From the human T2T-CHM13v2.0 reference genome, Homo sapiens, in assembly GCF_009914755.1 (NCBI RefSeq), contig NC_060930.1: a stretch of DNA of 64,000 bases. One strand, 5' to 3'. Of this stretch, positions 41,550 through 55,344 are shown piece by piece (the first letter of the stretch is position 1; each line of letters starts with the position of its first letter). Position numbers and translations under genes: made by a program. Under the pieces are notes generated by a model. It was not told the DNA's origin and ran no database searches. It was given only the letters and a program-made list of their open reading frames with translations.

Positions 41550-42388
41550 GGCCCTTTATCCAAAAAATTTTGTCCATGTTTCAGTAGTATAATAGTGGCT
41601 TTTACAACTAAGAATCTACATCTACAAGGGAAGGTTTAATCCATTTAGATACCCCATTCAAAGGTCAGAGAAATCTGAAATAAACTTTGGAAAGGTCTCC
41701 AAATGGAATATTTACTGTGATTGCCAAAAACATTTACACTAAGTTAAGTCTGTTTCTTAAAATGGGAAGCTGGAAAATGTTAATACATAGACAACCTCAT
41801 TCCCCTATCATTTCAAATTGAGGAGTTGCTGCTTCATTCAAATTCTTACAACACACACATGGCAATACCACCATGGTATCAATGAGCAAAGAAGGACTCA
41901 GATGCCAACCAACTTACCTTCTCTAATATCTACTGTGAGACTTGGCTCACAGTTTAAGAAGGCTTTTTTAGAACATTCGTCAAGCTGCGGGAAGGCTGGA
42001 GGTAAAATGGAGTTTGTATTGTTTTGAGAAAGGCAAATTATATTTATGGCAGAATAGAGGAAAAGGAAACTTTTAGGAGTTTAAGACATCTGCTTCCTAG
42101 CCTAAGGGGCATTTCCTACAATCCATATTAACACCATTTGTTTTGCTAGATAGACCTGTGAGTCACAGAGGACTCAATTTGATTCAACATATTCTCATCT
42201 ACAACCCTGTCAGATGTATCTCTAAAGTTAGTTGATAATAGAATGGGATTTTCTTATCCTGGTACACATGCCAAAAATAGAGCCAACTAAACATTTCCAA
42301 AAACTTCAAAACACCAACCACAAATGAACAACAGGATTACTTGGAGATAATGCCATATCTCCCCATGTTTTAGGAACAGAAAAAGGCA

Positions 42389-42394
42389 GCTTAC
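42389..42394 (-). other. RCAN2: 5' splice donor of the RCAN2 AUG exon
   Basis: AAG|GTAAGC, near-consensus. RCAN similarity ends exactly here. Confidence 0.93.
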
Positions 42395-42619
42395 CTTGCT
42401 CTCTTCTCCTTCAAACACTGACTGGTGAACATTGCACGCAAACAACGAGTTGGGGAGGTCATTGAAGTCAGTGATTGCTTGAAAGGCTTCTTCTGCAAAA
42501 CAACGAGTGACAGCCCAGTCCCTGTCTATGCAGCACAGTAAGAAAAGTCCTCCATCTTCAGGGACGTGTCCCTGCTGCCCTGGGCTCCTCATTCCGATGA
42601 AGTATGATTCTCCCCTCAT
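42395..42619 (-). CDS. RCAN2: RCAN2 first coding exon of the long isoform (codons 1-75, phase-0 donor); full exon 42395-42621
   Basis: Translation MRGESYFIGMRSPGQQGHVPEDGGLFLLCCIDRDWAVTRCFAEEAFQAITDFNDLPNSLFACNVHQSVFEGEESK matches the recalled N-terminus of RCAN2/ZAKI-4 beta, including the RCAN 'DLPxSLFACxVHxxVF' start of the RRM-like domain. The acceptor is ctttgtatccccAG|GA-ATG and the donor is AAG|GTAAGC. 225 coding nt. Confidence 0.96.
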
Positions 42620-42621
42620 TC

Positions 42622-42643
42622 CTGGGGATACAAAGATGAGCAT
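42622..42643 (-). other. RCAN2: 3' splice site / polypyrimidine tract of the RCAN2 AUG exon
   Basis: Minus strand atgctcatctttgtatccccAG, with AG at 42623-42622 and a yTnAy-like CTCAT candidate branch point. Confidence 0.9.
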
Positions 42644-42899
42644 GTGTTACTGCAGAACAAATTCCTTAAAACTCAGTTTTCGGGTCACAGTTTTGTATTG
42701 TCAGGGGCAGAACAGTGGAGTACGATTAGGAGCAGAGGCAGGGGATATTGGAAGGGAGAAGATCTGCAAGTTCACATGGTTCCCTTGATCCCTGAACCAG
42801 AATTTCCCATACAGCTCTGCTCTGGGGCAAGAACCGAGTCAGTACTATGGTTTTTTAAAACAAACAGACAAACAAATAGGTATAGGAAATGGAGATCAC

Positions 42900-43170
42900 C
42901 ACCACTACTACCAATGTCTATCGTGTATTGAGTTCCAGGCACTATTCTAAATGATTTATATAAATTTAGAACATCAATTACATACATTAACTACCTTATT
43001 TAATCTCCACAATAGTCTATAAGGTTGGTACCAATATTTTCCCCAATTTACAGATGGGAAAACAGGAAGAAAGCAATTAAGTAACTTTTACAAGACCACT
43101 GACAAAATGGCAGGGCTAGGATTCAAACTCAGGGAAACTGGCACCAGAGCTCACTCTCCTATGCCACAGG
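42900..43170 (-). mobile_element. MIR
   Basis: ccaggcactattctaaat…ttttccccaatttacagatgggaaaac…ggattcaaactcagg. Confidence 0.75.
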
Positions 43171-44481
43171 AATGAAGCAGATCAAAATAAGTAGAAGCCT
43201 ATATTTAAGAAAGTATGATCTACTTCATCAGCACCTGAATCCTGATCATGATAACTCTAACAGGTAATAGTTCATCCTGTGAGAGTACAGTGAGAGTAAA
43301 CACACCACACACACACACCTCCCAGATATTTCCTCTTCTGACTGAGATAATTACTTCAAGTCATTTGTGAACCAGGTCCAGATCCTAAAAAAATCAGTGC
43401 TATCTTGATCAATCCATGGTGCACAGGTCCCCGTCCCTCCTTGCCTTGTAAGGCTTTCCAGTATTGATTTCACCTAGCTGTGTTCAACCCTTCTATTATT
43501 TTTTCACCCCTTATATTTGCAGTTTGCCTAACTGCAGAGTTTTTCCATTTTTTTGATACTGGTACATAATTTAGTGGATTAGGTCAGTATCCCCATATAG
43601 TCCAAGGCTGGTATCTACTTTCTTCTTTTGTACCGATTTTCATGACTGTGATACTATTCTGCTCAAAGCTCAATAGTTAAGAGGCTCGGAAAGTGAAATA
43701 ACTTGCTCATGGTTACGCAAGTAAGACTGACTGAAAATTATGACATGGCTACTGAATCATCTTCAGGAAGCTCCATGTTCTTCAGTCCCATCATCACAGA
43801 TGCTCAGAGCAAAGGACAGAAAGGTGGGTACCACTAAACATCAATCTGCTCTCATGAAGTTTAGCTAGATACAAATTCCAGATCCCCAGACAAAATATCA
43901 GTTTCTGCTTATCTCTCTCTTGAACTGTGAAATAAACCCTTGAACCTCATAGTGATGAGGTTATGTTTTTTATTTTCATTTTTCCTAGAAAAGCCCCAAT
44001 GAGAGTTGGTAAGCAGCATTTTCTGGCAATAATGCATTACATATAAAATCTTAAGCCCGGTTGAGGTAGGAGCCAAAAATTAAATAGTTTGAGGTGATAT
44101 CTCTAAAATCAAATCATCAAAATTGTGGTAAGTAAAAATTTCTATATAAAATATAATAAAACAATTCTTGCACTCCAAAGTTCTTCAAACTCCAATTAGC
44201 GCATTTCCATATTTAAATCAACAAAATACTTATTTTAAATAAAAATATGGTACATGTTTTATTAAATAATCTAAAATATATGAATATTTTTAACTAGAAG
44301 GAAAAACATGTAATAGCATTAATATAAAGGGAATTGAACTGCTAGACAACTTCAATGAAACATGTGCATGTATTTTCTTTCATATTTATTTATACTGTTG
44401 CTTGAATATTTTAGCATAAAACACCTAATTACCGTCATTTATTAGAGTATCAATTGTTTTAATAGTAAAAATATTTAGTAA

Positions 44482-44937
<456 letters not shown>

Positions 44938-45479
44938 TAAAATATTTTAAGTGAATCAAAACATTATAAAACACTCTTAGATGTGTTGTAAGAATGTTTC
45001 AATTATTATTTTTCCAAAAAAAATCTAAAATCCATTGCCGAACAAATTAATTAAATAGATCAAATTTTAAGCTTAACTCAGGACTCATTTTAATCTACTC
45101 AAATAGCCTTAATTTCTATCCTAAGCTGTAACAATATTATCTTCATGAGATTTTATTTTAAGCTCATTACTTTCAGTAAAGATTTAAGGGTGAATGCATT
45201 TTTGGCAAACAACCTACTTTACTTACATGGAGAAATACTTTAGAAGTCAGAGCTTTGAACAAAGAAATTCTAATTTCTCTTTCTAGTTTCATTACTAACT
45301 CACCCCATAATTTGGAGAAGCCAAGTGATCATTCTGGAACTCAGTTTATCCTTGTAAAACAACAACAAAACAACATTGAACTGCCTCCTTCTGCAGAGTA
45401 AGGGGAGGCAGGGGAATGAAACAGGAGCGGAAGACGTGATCAAAATCAGTATTAACCACTACATAAAAGAATATGTAAT

Positions 45480-45545
45480 ATGCAGTTTTGCAATACTGTA
45501 ATATACAGTATTGCAATTTTTACTGCATGAACTATGCAGTAAAAA
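45480..45545. repeat. Two adjacent perfect inverted repeats (13-bp and 12-bp stems)
   Basis: ttgcaatactgta-ata-tacagtattgcaa followed by tttttactgcat-gaact-atgcagtaaaaa. Confidence 0.95.
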
Positions 45546-45683
45546 CACATCGTGATAATTTCAGAGCAAGGCAATTATGCTTCAGTATTGCCCAAATAAA
45601 CAGAAGGAAATTCTGAAGATTAAGAGAACTTCCCAATAAAGAAGTATAAAGGTCCCACAGCTCAAGTTAACTGGTTTGTCTTT

Positions 45684-46004
45684 GTTTCCTCTGTTGTTGT
45701 TTTTTTTTTCCACTTTTTCAGAGAGGGTCTTGCTCTGTTGCCCAAGCTGGAGTGCAGTAGCACAATCATAACTCACTGCAACCTCCAACTCCTGGGTTCA
45801 AAGTGATCCTTCCACCTCAGCCTCGTGAGTGGCTGGGACTACAGGCATGCACCACCATATCTGGCTAATTTCTTTTTTATTTTTTGTAGAGATGAGATCT
45901 TGCTATGTTGCCCAAACTGGTCTCCAACTCCTAGCCTCAAATAGTCCTCCCATTTTGGTTTCACAAAGTGCTGGGATTACAGATGTCAGACACTGTGCCC
46001 AGCC
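45684..46004 (-). mobile_element. AluJ SINE with 12-bp TSD
   Basis: TSD tggtttgtcttt at 45672-83 and 46005-16. Confidence 0.93.
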
Positions 46005-46699
46005 TGGTTTGTCTTTTTTAATTAATATCAAACTGTTAGTCATTGTAAGAAACCTTTGAGGCAACCATTGTCTACCAAGATTGACATGTGTTGTCCTTAT
46101 TTCTAAATCTGAGGTTGGCCATCCAAAGGAGAAGAGCTTCCTTCAGCTAGGAGGCCATTTTCCGGGAGGGCTTCCCAACCTCACCCAGGCTGGGATGAAT
46201 GTGGTGTTCTTTCTCAGAGCTCCCTGAGCACCTGCACAGCCTTTTCTCATAAAATTGTCCTCCAATGCAGCTACTATTGTGATTACTACTTTACTAGTCT
46301 GTATCTCAATCCAGATTGGTATTTCTTGAAAGCAGAGGCTGGGTTGTCTTCATCCATGTATCTACAGGAAAATATAGAAAGCCCTCAAAATAATGTTTGG
46401 CTGAATTAATGAATTATATAAAAAAGAGTCACTTTTTGGAAATAACAGACCAGCAAGTGGGTTATAATGTCCAACTTAAAATGTATACACTAATGATATA
46501 CTATTTCAAATGTCTACACTAATAATGAAAACAATCCTCTCATTTAAATGTAAAGGTTTGATTTCTAAAATGTAATTTTACAAATGAAAGATAGCAAGAA
46601 TCACTCAAAGATAGCAAGACTCACAGGATTCCTCTAGCTAAAATTTAATAATCTGTGGAAAATAGCAAAAATAACATTAATGTTTTTTAATGAGTTAAC

Positions 46700-47010
46700 T
46701 GAAGAAAAACTGGAAAATTCAAAAAGCTATAAAGAAGAAAATAAAAGTAAACCATAATCCTACTATCCAGAGAAAACTCCTGCTAACATTTTGGTATATT
46801 TCATTGCAGTGTTTTTTTTACATGTAAAATTTTTAAACAAAATGGGGGTCCTGCTGTTTAGTATACCGCTCCTGTCCTGCAACACTGATATAATCAAGAG
46901 CAGTTCCCTGTGTGATTATATATTCTTCAAAACATTAATTTTAATAGCCACATTGTATCCCAGTGTATGAATCTGTCATAATTTAATCACTCTTCTGTTG
47001 TTTGACATTT
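46700..47010 (-). mobile_element. Old L1ME-like 3' fragment
   Basis: ataatcctactatccagagaaaactcctgctaacattttggtatatt pattern. Confidence 0.55.
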
Positions 47011-47220
47011 GGAAAGCATAAGTTTCCATCACCTTATGCATGTGGAAAAGAAAAACCACTATCCACTATTAAAATATAAATCTTCCCATGGGAGAATTTC
47101 AAAACTTCTTTAGATAAAGAAAAGAGACATCTTCATGAAATACTGGAAAGAGCCCTAAGGGAATACCTTCATGCCAGTCTCAAGCTGTAAATAGGGGGCC
47201 TTCTGGGCTGTGGCTTTCTT

Positions 47221-47604
<384 letters not shown>

Positions 47605-50600
47605 TGAAGGCCCCCCTCTGCCAATAACATGTGAATGAAAGCTATTTATTACTATTGTTAGGCTTATCAAGAGCAAGCCAATGGCAGAGGAAGTTGGCAC
47701 TGCAGAGGTGGCCATCATCTTCTACTGTTAAGTGTGTAAATGAGTTTCAAACCTCCAGTGTATGAAACCTCCAGCTTCAAACCTCCAGCTCATATCATTA
47801 CAATGAGAAACAAGCAGCAGTGCAGCTTGAATATTTGGTATGAGTTTGGGTGAAGACCCTATTAGGAGGAAAAGATATTTGTAAGGCAAAAGAAATTAAT
47901 TAAAACAAAAAACAAACAACCTTTTCCCCCCAGAAAACATCACCAACAACAAGATGACAGTTTATTTAAATGTTAGAACGTTAATGGCAATGAAGACATA
48001 GACAATTGCATTTGACTCATTTTAATGAAGAAGGAAGCCTGGAGAAGGGAGGGTTTGCGACCATTTCATTTTTTCGCAAACATGTGAAGATAATTTTCAT
48101 CCAAGATTTTCAAATAACATGATAGCACTTTTTAAACATTAAAAGACCTAAAGTAAAGACAATATGTTTCCTACCTTAAAGACTAGCCACCTGAAACATA
48201 AAGATATCTGTTCAACATCTGTTACACAGAAGTAGCCATTTAATAAATGTTGTATGAATAAGTGAAAAAATTTCTTTTCCCCCAATAAATCTGGATGTTA
48301 GAGACATTACTGGCTTTCTACACAAGGAATTAATCTTTCCAAAACTCTCTAATTTCTTTCCTGACAAATGTTTATACATATGATTAAACCCGGAGGAAGA
48401 GACCTTTAGAAGACATCTGATTCTGCTGGATATCATTATTGTCACAGAGTTATCAATGTGCATGAGATTCACATTTCTGAATTGCAGAATTCTAAAAAAA
48501 TTCACTTTTCTAGGAATTGGGTATAACTCATGAGAGCAGGGAGCCATGCATTTGCCCATAGGAATTCTGGTCTAGAAAGCCTTTAAATATAAAAGGAGAG
48601 GAAGTTAACCACAAATAAGTCCATGAGAACAACCTGGGAGCCACAGAAAGATGGTAAACATTCATGGAGATGCTTATAATAGTTTTACCATCAAGTAAAA
48701 TCAGTCAGTAGCGTGATGTGTGACCAGAAAGGGTTGGGTGGTGATAATCGCATCTAGAGTCTTGGCAACCTGGAGAGATCATGGCCAATTCTGGGTACTG
48801 TCCACTACAGAAACACTGAGTCTTTCAAAGGAAAGTATTCAGTCAAGTTACGTTATCTAAGAGACAGATGCATGATAAGAAAAAGCATACGAAGCATAGA
48901 AAATAAGTTTTGAGTTAAAGCTTGGTTGCCTTCAAATTCTGAAAGAGCAAATACAATTTTTGTATACAAAAACAGAAGTCAAACCAGAGAGAAAGAGTTT
49001 AATTTCATATAAGGAGCCACGGATCTTTTAACAATTTGGGTTAGAATAGCATGTCCTGCCTTATGTGTTAGTGAACTCCTTGTAGTGGTGATATCCAATA
49101 AGAAAGTTTCATTGAGCAGGTGCCATTCATTTAGCAGGATGTCAAACAGGGAATCCAAGGAACAGGGTGATGATTGCCTGACATTTCCTTTAAGGATTCT
49201 CCTCAATTTGAGATTTTTATCTTACCATGATTGGAAAAAAATACATAAGAAAAGAGACATCTGTTTATCTCTGGGATTAAACATACTCAAGAAAGGGGAA
49301 CATATAACTTTTAACAAAAGCTTTCTCCAGAGTTTAAATCTTAAATTTGGATGCTCATAAATAACCTGTCTCTATTTTTTCTCTTCCAGGTGACTCAAAC
49401 TAAAAAGCAAGAATTTTTCAATAGAAAGTAATGATCCATAAAAAGATAAAAATAAGCAAGACATACAAAAAGCAACTTAAGTTTAAATTTGTTTTTTCTT
49501 AGACAAAAAGAATGTTAAAGATTCACCTCATTTGCTTCTAAAATTAAGAACAGAAATATAAAACTTTTGCAATAAGGGCAACAAATAAAAAAATATGCCT
49601 TGATTCCATGTTATGGCCAGCTAAGGAGAATAAATAAGGAAATAGAATAAATGGAAATGATTAATGAATAATTCATCCTGACTTCAAGTTCAGTTTTGAT
49701 TGAAAAACAAGTAAATGAATTATGGGAGATTTGTTAGTTTACAAGAACTTAAATATAACAATGTCAGCTTAAATATTAATGACAAAAACTGGGAATACAA
49801 TGCAGCATTAATAAGTAATAGAAAAGAAATGCCTATATTTTTCAATTGAATATAAGGTTAAATGAGCCAAGTTCAGAATTTTAAAGAATATGAACCTAAA
49901 GTTTTGCAGTGTTTAAAATCCCTTCAGCTCTAAAACCAAATGATTATTTGATAATATCTGGGACAAAATGAGCTCATTAGAAGAAAATATTTAGATGAAT
50001 AATAAGAATAATAAATTTACAATTAAATTTTATTATCAGCATTCATTTTTGGTCTGGCTTTAGAAGTGGGATCTTTTTGATTTGCCCTTTGGGTGTTTTA
50101 ATATCTAGATCCTCCTAGGGATAAGACAAGCCTTTTGCTCATTTTTGTCCATCTTACAGGGAGATTGAAGTATAATATTAGTAACAACAAACCAAGCCAG
50201 CCATCCTGAGATACAAAGGAGAGACATGATATTCTTAGGCTATGCTCCATAGAAACCCATTAGAGCTCTTTCTGAAATATAATGGAACCTATTTAATTCA
50301 GCTGCAGAATTTCACACCTGCTGAGCTATGTGAACCTCATGCTATTCTTGATATCATTTGGGATCAGTCTTGAAAGTATCAGGAACATGCAGTTTCCAAC
50401 TCATAGTTTTCAAAGGAAATCATCCACATTCCTCATTTATGGCTCTCTTCAGGACACCTTCTGGAGCCACTGTTCCACCTTAAGCTCCCAATGGGCAATA
50501 ATTCAATTAATTCAATTCCCTGTGGAAGCAGCAGCTTATGAATTTTTATGAAGTGCAAAAAAAAAAAAAAGCAAGTTGTTTCCATCATGTCCTTTTGCAC

Positions 50601-50984
50601 TGGATGTGTACACCTGCAGGATTTTAATGCCCATGATCTCACAAGATTTGCAGATCCTATATATTCTTTCAATAAACATAATAAAAAGGGGAGGAAGACC
50701 CTCAAATTTACCAAAGGTCAGATGGGACAAGCAAATAGGGCATTTGTATTCCATTCCCACAAACCTAATATCATCATCAAGAAAATGCATTTCAAACAGG
50801 TTTGCTGCAAAAGAACAGAGTCAGAGGAAACACCATCTTTTATGAGGGGTGTGAGGGTGACAAAGTTGTTCTTAAAGACAGAAAAACCTGTGTCTACAAA
50901 GAATGAGCTACAGTGAATTATAGATTTGTTAAACAAAACAAGCAATATTGGAGCACTCACACAAAGCAAAAGAGTTTTGGACAT

Positions 50985-51477
50985 TGTATTAGTCAAGGTC
51001 TCACAGGAAACAGACAGCATGTTCAAATTGGATAATTTGAAAAGAGTATAACAAAGGGACTATTTACAGCATGGGCAGGGTACAGGAAAACCACAACAGA
51101 TAGTACAAAACCCTGGTCTAGCACTCTCCCTAGATTTGAAGAGTTGAGAGGAGGGGAGGGGTTTCCAGAACCTGGGGATATTCTGGAGAGAACAGACGGC
51201 TGTGTGGAGATGGCCCCCTGACACATCTTTCACTGCAGGATGTAGTCAATCTACAGTAGTGCTACAAAGAGAGTGCCAGAGAAATAAATATCCCCAACTT
51301 GTTATCTTTCTCTGATCTCCTGCTGGTACCTCCCATTGGTCAAACCCAGCTGGAAACCAGAGGGCCAGGGGGCCATGGAGGTGGAACACAGAGGTCAGGC
51401 TCTGGGGCACAGGGCGCAGTGCAGAGGGATAAGGGTGGAGAGAGACTCTCTGGGATCAAGTAAAGATAACAAGCACA
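50985..51477 (-). mobile_element. LTR33-family ERVL solo LTR
   Basis: tgtattagtcaagg…aaagggactatttaca…ctcccattggtcaaacccagctggaaaccagagggc…agcaca. Confidence 0.75.
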
Positions 51478-52889
51478 CCCTTCATAAATGGGTAGTAGTC
51501 TAGAAATTTTATAGGTTAATTTCAATAGCACTTTAAATTTTGAAAACGTACAGCTGAGTCATTTGTAAATAGATGGCTCAAACCAGGGCTTATGTAATAC
51601 AATTGAAGATTCATCACCTCTGACTGCATTTTTCTTAGAAACAAAAAAGTGAACAGGGAATGAGTGGCTCTGTATATAGTAGAGAATGCCTGCACCACTG
51701 GGGGAGATGTGTTCAGATGCCCCACCTGGAGACAGAAGACCATCCTCTCATGATTGCTTAGAAGAAGCTTAAAGAAGGCCCAAAGCCTCTGGAAGAGTGG
51801 AGCAATGTTATGCAAAATAACTTTTCACAGGAGGGCAACACTTCAAAAGTGGGCAGCAAAGCACAAGAACGTTGCTATGGTAGCCAAAGTAAGATTTATC
51901 CTGTCATCTTTCACCTTTGGTTTTCAGATGGGGCATGGAGTGCTGGAGAGAAACAGAGTGAAAAGGAAAGAAAGCAGGGAGTGAGAGATACTGCAGCTTT
52001 GAGAAAAATACAGCTAAGAAGGGTCTGACTTATTTAGAAAAGAAAAGATGGACTAGAAGGCTGCCTAGGGAGTGGAGAGCTGGACAGGACTCACTAGAAG
52101 TCCAAGGAGGCAGGTCACACTCCCTTCCACAACATTAGCAGGTAATGAAGAGCTTGGAATTCCTTTCAACTCAAGGAGGAAAGGCAGGGGGAAGAAAAAT
52201 CCCCATCTCAGTACCTAGCAGACAGTATGCTATTTTTTCCCACAATACAGCTAAATATTCACGTTATTTCCACATTAAAAATCTTCCATAACTCCACAGG
52301 ACCTGTCAAATTAAATAAAAAACTCTTCAGCCCAGCAAACCAGGACAGCCACAAGATGACAGACTTCCTATCTAGACTTATCAACTGCCTCATCAACGCT
52401 GAAAAAAATCACAAGTCTCAGTATCAAGTTCCAGCTCAGTCCATAACAATAGCGGCAGGAGCAGCGACAATCATTGAGTGCTTACTTTGTTCTAAGGGCT
52501 TTATCTGTAACAAACTTATAAATATTAAATAGCTGTGTAGCTTTGGCCAATTTCCTCAAGCTTTCCTTAAGGTTTTCTTCTGCTGTGCCCCATTCCCACC
52601 TATCAACATTCCACTCATCTTCAAAGTCACATCTGGGGTCACTGCCTTCATACCCCGCTCTCAGCCCAGCCTGCACTAGATGAGATTCCCCAGTTACTGA
52701 TTGCTATTGTCTTGCGCTTGCACCTCTTGGGACACTTACTTTGTTTTGCCTCTCTTTGCACTAACTTATTTCTTATCTTCCACCCAATGTTGAGCGCAGG
52801 AGCTGTGTCTTACCTGCCTGCATAACTCTTGTAGCTACTAAACAGGACCTTGCACTTGGAAGGTAACTTCTGACATTTCTTGAATTGAA

Positions 52890-53790
52890 TGGAATTCAAA
52901 GAGCTCTGAATTTGACTTTCAGCTGTCCAGCTTACTGGCTGTGTGACCTTGGACAAATCACTTAATCTCTGTGTTGTTTCCTCAACTGTAAAGATGACAG
53001 GAGTATATGCCTTTTATAGTGCTGTTTTGAAGATTTGATAGCTAATGCACATAAGGCACTTAGAACAATGACTCGGACACACCATGAGTGTTCAGTAAGT
53101 GTTAACTATTATAAGTGTTAACCATCTTAAGTTCTCAACAGAGCAACCTTCTGTCTCATATGACACAGGAGCTCCTCCTCTCTTTCCTAGAGTCATGGGT
53201 CTTTTTGCATGTACAGAAGGAGTACAGTGGTTAAGTGTGAACTTTGAAGTTGGTCTTGAATTTTGGCACTGCCACTTTCTAGCTGTGTGACCTTGGACAT
53301 GTTACTGAACATCTCTGGGCACCATATGCAATGTGGGAACCACAGTAGTACCTACTTCACTGGGCTGTTCCTTGGATTAAATGTTACACATCTTACCATT
53401 CTTCTCCCTCTCACCTACTCCAAAATCCCAAAATTTCTGGTGGGTACTATGTTTTTCGGCTCTTCGGAAGAGACTGTACCTCCACAGTGAAAAAATGCAA
53501 GAACACTGAAGTCAGACAGACTCAGACTGAAATCCCAGCTCCTCAGCATTTGTGATTATCAATTAGGAGAAGATGGACTGACAGTAGTGGCTGGCCCTGG
53601 AGTCTGAATCCTCTTTCTACAACAATTTTACTTTGTGATTTTCTGCAAGTTAGCTCTGCTTACTAGGCCTCAGTTTCCACAGCTATAAATTGGGACTACT
53701 GAGAGGTCCAAATGAGATAATCCTAGTAAAGAATTTAGCCCAGGGCCCAGCAGCTATAATCACTCATGAAATATTAGCATTTGCTATAAT
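52890..53790 (+). mobile_element. Tandem cluster of three to four MIR relics
   Basis: Repeated cores gctgtgtgaccttggaca (~52938, ~53282) and ggcctcagtttcc (~53666). Confidence 0.7.
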
Positions 53791-55344
53791 TGCTTAATCT
53801 AACTGCCAATTATACCTTTACTTAATCTGTTCTCCCTTAATTGTTTTACTTTCCAAGAAAGTCAACATTGGTGTTAGGCCCAGAGTTTGACTTGAGTTTA
53901 GGATAAGAATATGGACCACTGTTCTAAACCTTTTAGTTTTATCAGGTCATCTTCAACCCAAAGGGGACCTGAAGTACTTAGCTTCCTAGTACAAATTCCC
54001 TGCTTCAATCTTATAGTCTTACTTACCCTTCTCTTTTCTTTAATCACAATTTTCCAACTTAGATGAAAACCCTGTCAGGGCTTACCAGAGGATCCAGGGT
54101 ACTTCAGAGTGAGGTCCAACCCCACCACAGCCGCGCCAACGCCAGCAAAGCAGCCCCCATCCTGGGAGGGCTGCCCAGCTTCTCCTTTCTGTCCTCCCGT
54201 CTGCACATGTGTTGTTATTTACAACATTTGGCAAAGCAAACCCATTTATTGACGTTTTTACATCTCCTTCCATATGTTGAGCATACTTGCTTCTTCCTAT
54301 AATGCTGGCTCCCAGCACGGCTCCTGATATGCTGTGCTGACGAGACAAATGGAATGTAATACCCTCAGATTCCCTCTCTCCCCTCTCTTCTCTCTCCCCA
54401 CTCTTTCTCTCTCTCCGCTAGATGTTCCAGAGCCTTGCTCACCTTTAATCAGCACTTTCTCAACTTGAGTGACTTCCTGAGTCTCACAGATTCTCATTGT
54501 CTCCAGCTGTGTTAAATCCGGAAGGCTGAGTGTTTTCATTCTCTCCTCCTTAACTTTACTTGTTAGCACAATTTGCTCTTGATCTGAAAGTAAGTCACTG
54601 CCCCCAGCTGCTTCAGGTTACTTTTAAAACCCTTCCCTTCTTTTTATATCCATTTATTGAAGACGGTTTCTATCACACCTCTGTTTCTCTCTCAAATCTA
54701 CAATTGTAATACCCTCAGGTTCCTACAGAAGCCAGGGCTGATTGTACTTCTGCATTGCCACCTCCCATCTAGATGGAGCTGTCTGCCCTTGGCCTGTTCA
54801 ACCAAGGGCCACAACTGAGACACTGACACAGGGCTGGGCAGTTGTGGAAATAACTTCCAGTTTCTCTCACTATTGTCAGAGAGTCACAATTCAAGATGAT
54901 CCGTAATTAATCTCCCACTTCTAGTGCCATGTGTTGTTTACAAGAAAGAGCTGACCCAGATTCTAGCCTAGAAAAAAAACAAACTGAAACCTTTATAAAG
55001 TCCTTTCTGGCCTGCTGCAATTGGGACCAGTTCACCACATCCCTCACCCCCTCCAGCAGCTGATCAGTGGCTAGGGCTCGTGGAGGATGGAACCAGTCTT
55101 GGTAGCAAAGGGTAGTAAGATTTCTGGGGAAAACCTACAAAGCATTTGGGGGAAGAAATTGAGGCAGTAGAGGAAACAAGTAGGAACAGCTAGGTGATTT
55201 AGCTGATAATCCACCTTTTGAGAACTGGTAACTTAACTGTCCTGGCCTCCACACTGCTTTACAACAAAGACCATGCTAGAAACGAAGTGGGAAGAGGATG
55301 TATACCATCCTTCTACTTGTCCAAAAGAGCTGGTGGAATGCTTG

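Noticed and set aside
42287-42394. 35-aa hydrophobic C-terminal extension of the 118-aa ORF (read-through past the donor)
   Set aside because: It lies after a strong AAG|GTAAGC donor, has no RCAN similarity, and I saw no nearby minus-strand AATAAA to support an intronic-polyadenylation isoform.
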